Origin: Armatimonadota bacterium
GTDB lineage: Bacteria; Armatimonadota; HRBIN16
Reading direction: 5' to 3'
Length of the DNA stretch: 64,000 nt
Assembly (NCBI GenBank): GCA_963677485.1
Contig: OY781964.1
Span: forward strand, 3,936,001-4,000,000
The first letter of the stretch is position 1. Each line of letters opens with the position of its first letter. This document shows, piece by piece, positions 62,903-64,000 of this stretch. The notes below the pieces were generated by a model. It saw only the letters and a program-made list of their open reading frames with translations, was not told where the DNA came from and searched no databases. Both the position numbers and the translations under genes were made by a program.

Positions 62903-63577
62903 TTATCTTGGGTATCGCAGCTCTGAGACCAGCTCCATCACGTCCGAGTTGATCTCCGCATGGTCCACAACCCACTTGGTGGCATTGGGGGCGAACAACT
63001 GTGCCCCACCACCCTTGGCATAGGGGCCGAATGTGGGGCTGTTCCAACTCATGTCTGCGCACAATCCGTAGACTACAACTGCCCCTGGCTTGATTTTGTA
63101 TAACGTGACATAATGGGCGTTGTTGGATTCGGGCAGAGCAAAGGCCGCTCTCGCCTTAAACGGAGTGTCTATGTGATATGTCTTCGCGAACGAATACCAT
63201 CGTCCCAGCTTGCTTGTTGGTCCCCAGTAACGCACCGCATAAACTTCTTTGTTCAACTTCAGCACCTGCACAGCGTTGGGGCCGGTGGTATCGAATGATG
63301 TGAGGAAGTATCTGGTCTGGTCTTCTGTCTGACCGTTCACTTCCATCAGCTTGGATATCAGTGAGGCGCTGTCGGCTTTACCGGCAGCCAATACGGACGA
63401 TCCCCATAAGTTTGTGGCCGGAATCCGGGAGGTCCGGAATGCAAGGACTTCGCCTCCAGCGGGCATCGTGCTGACCTCAGATGGGGCGTTGCCTCCACAG
63501 CCCGCTAATAACAGGGCAATGAAGCTGCCACAAGCGGCTAATAGAATTTTGACGCGGTGTGAATTCAGTAAACGCAT
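62903..63577 (-). CDS. Lipoprotein with TNT/ART-like toxin-domain motifs
   Basis: Lipobox LLAG-C27; VRYWG...GRWY, ARAAFALPESNNA, YKIKPG.VV.YG.CA, GGGAQLF; AGGAG RBS. Confidence 0.7.
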   Translation of the reverse strand: MRLLNSHRVKILLAACGSFIALLLAGCGGNAPSEVSTMPAGGEVLAFRTSRIPATNLWGSSVLAAGKADSASLISKLMEVNGQTEDQTRYFLTSFDTTGPNAVQVLKLNKEVYAVRYWGPTSKLGRWYSFAKTYHIDTPFKARAAFALPESNNAHYVTLYKIKPGAVVVYGLCADMSWNSPTFGPYAKGGGAQLFAPNATKWVVDHAEINSDVMELVSELRYPR

Positions 63578-63778
63578 GCTTACTCCTAAGCTTTGATGTG
63601 TGTAATGAAACACTAACCACGCCTAGTTTTAGCCATATGCGCAGTATTATCCTCTGTGATATAACTATTGTCATGTAACCTATATTGTGGCATGATGGTG
63701 GTAACACTGAAAACACATCTTCGGTAGCTTCCTGGCAACTGCTGTATTGATCCTAAGAATGACAGGGGAACTGATATT

Positions 63779-64000
63779 ATGAATGCTAGTCTTTATGCCG
63801 ATCGTCACTATACTCTAGGGGCGATTGATCGGAGAATCTACGGTTCGTTCATCGAACACCTGGGCCGGGCTGTCTACGGCGGGATATATGACCCCGCCAG
63901 CTTGCGGTCTACCAGTTCGGGATTTCGCACGGATGTGCTGGATCTGGTCAAGCAAATCGGCGTGCCAGTGGTGCGGTATCCGGGAGGTAACTTTGTTTCA
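63779..64000 (+). CDS. abfA: Alpha-L-arabinofuranosidase GH51 (5' part, runs off the window)
   Basis: Manual translation MNASLYADRHYTLGAIDRRIYGSFIEHLGRAVYGGIYDP...GFRTDVLDLVKQIGVPVVRYPGGNFVS. Confidence 0.9.
   Translation, partial: MNASLYADRHYTLGAIDRRIYGSFIEHLGRAVYGGIYDPASLRSTSSGFRTDVLDLVKQIGVPVVRYPGGNFVS

Overview
Bacterial chromosomal window, mostly minus-strand genes. A dockerin-like C-terminal domain and many large orphan glycoside hydrolases suggest Armatimonadota, which is an inference only. Housekeeping and stress genes: ECF sigma/anti-sigma/degP, an isolated nuoB-nuoI pair, citrate synthase, rpoZ-dnaJ, a MacAB-type ABC exporter, asnS, an RpoD-family sigma, cell-wall hydrolases, hoxEFUYH, aroC, eno plus an ftsB-like gene, SPFH-crcB, and der-glnE-plsY. 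The last ~11 kb is an accessory hydrolase region. No rRNA, tRNA, CRISPR array or transposase was recognised. Most notable: (1) a three-gene operon at 58899-63577 encoding a lipoprotein with TNT/ART-like NADase toxin motifs, a small immunity-like ORF, and a secreted beta-helix/nested-LamG/nucleoside-hydrolase fusion; (2) a three-copy, gap-free ~172 bp element of four alternating mini-palindromes, always just 3' of a gene; (3) a cluster of different REP-like palindromes at 54806-55045; (4) a presenilin/SPP-like membrane protein; (5) a shared ECF-type promoter linking two sigma genes; (6) an in-frame TGA in the first gene. All calls come from reading motifs by eye; no database searches were run.
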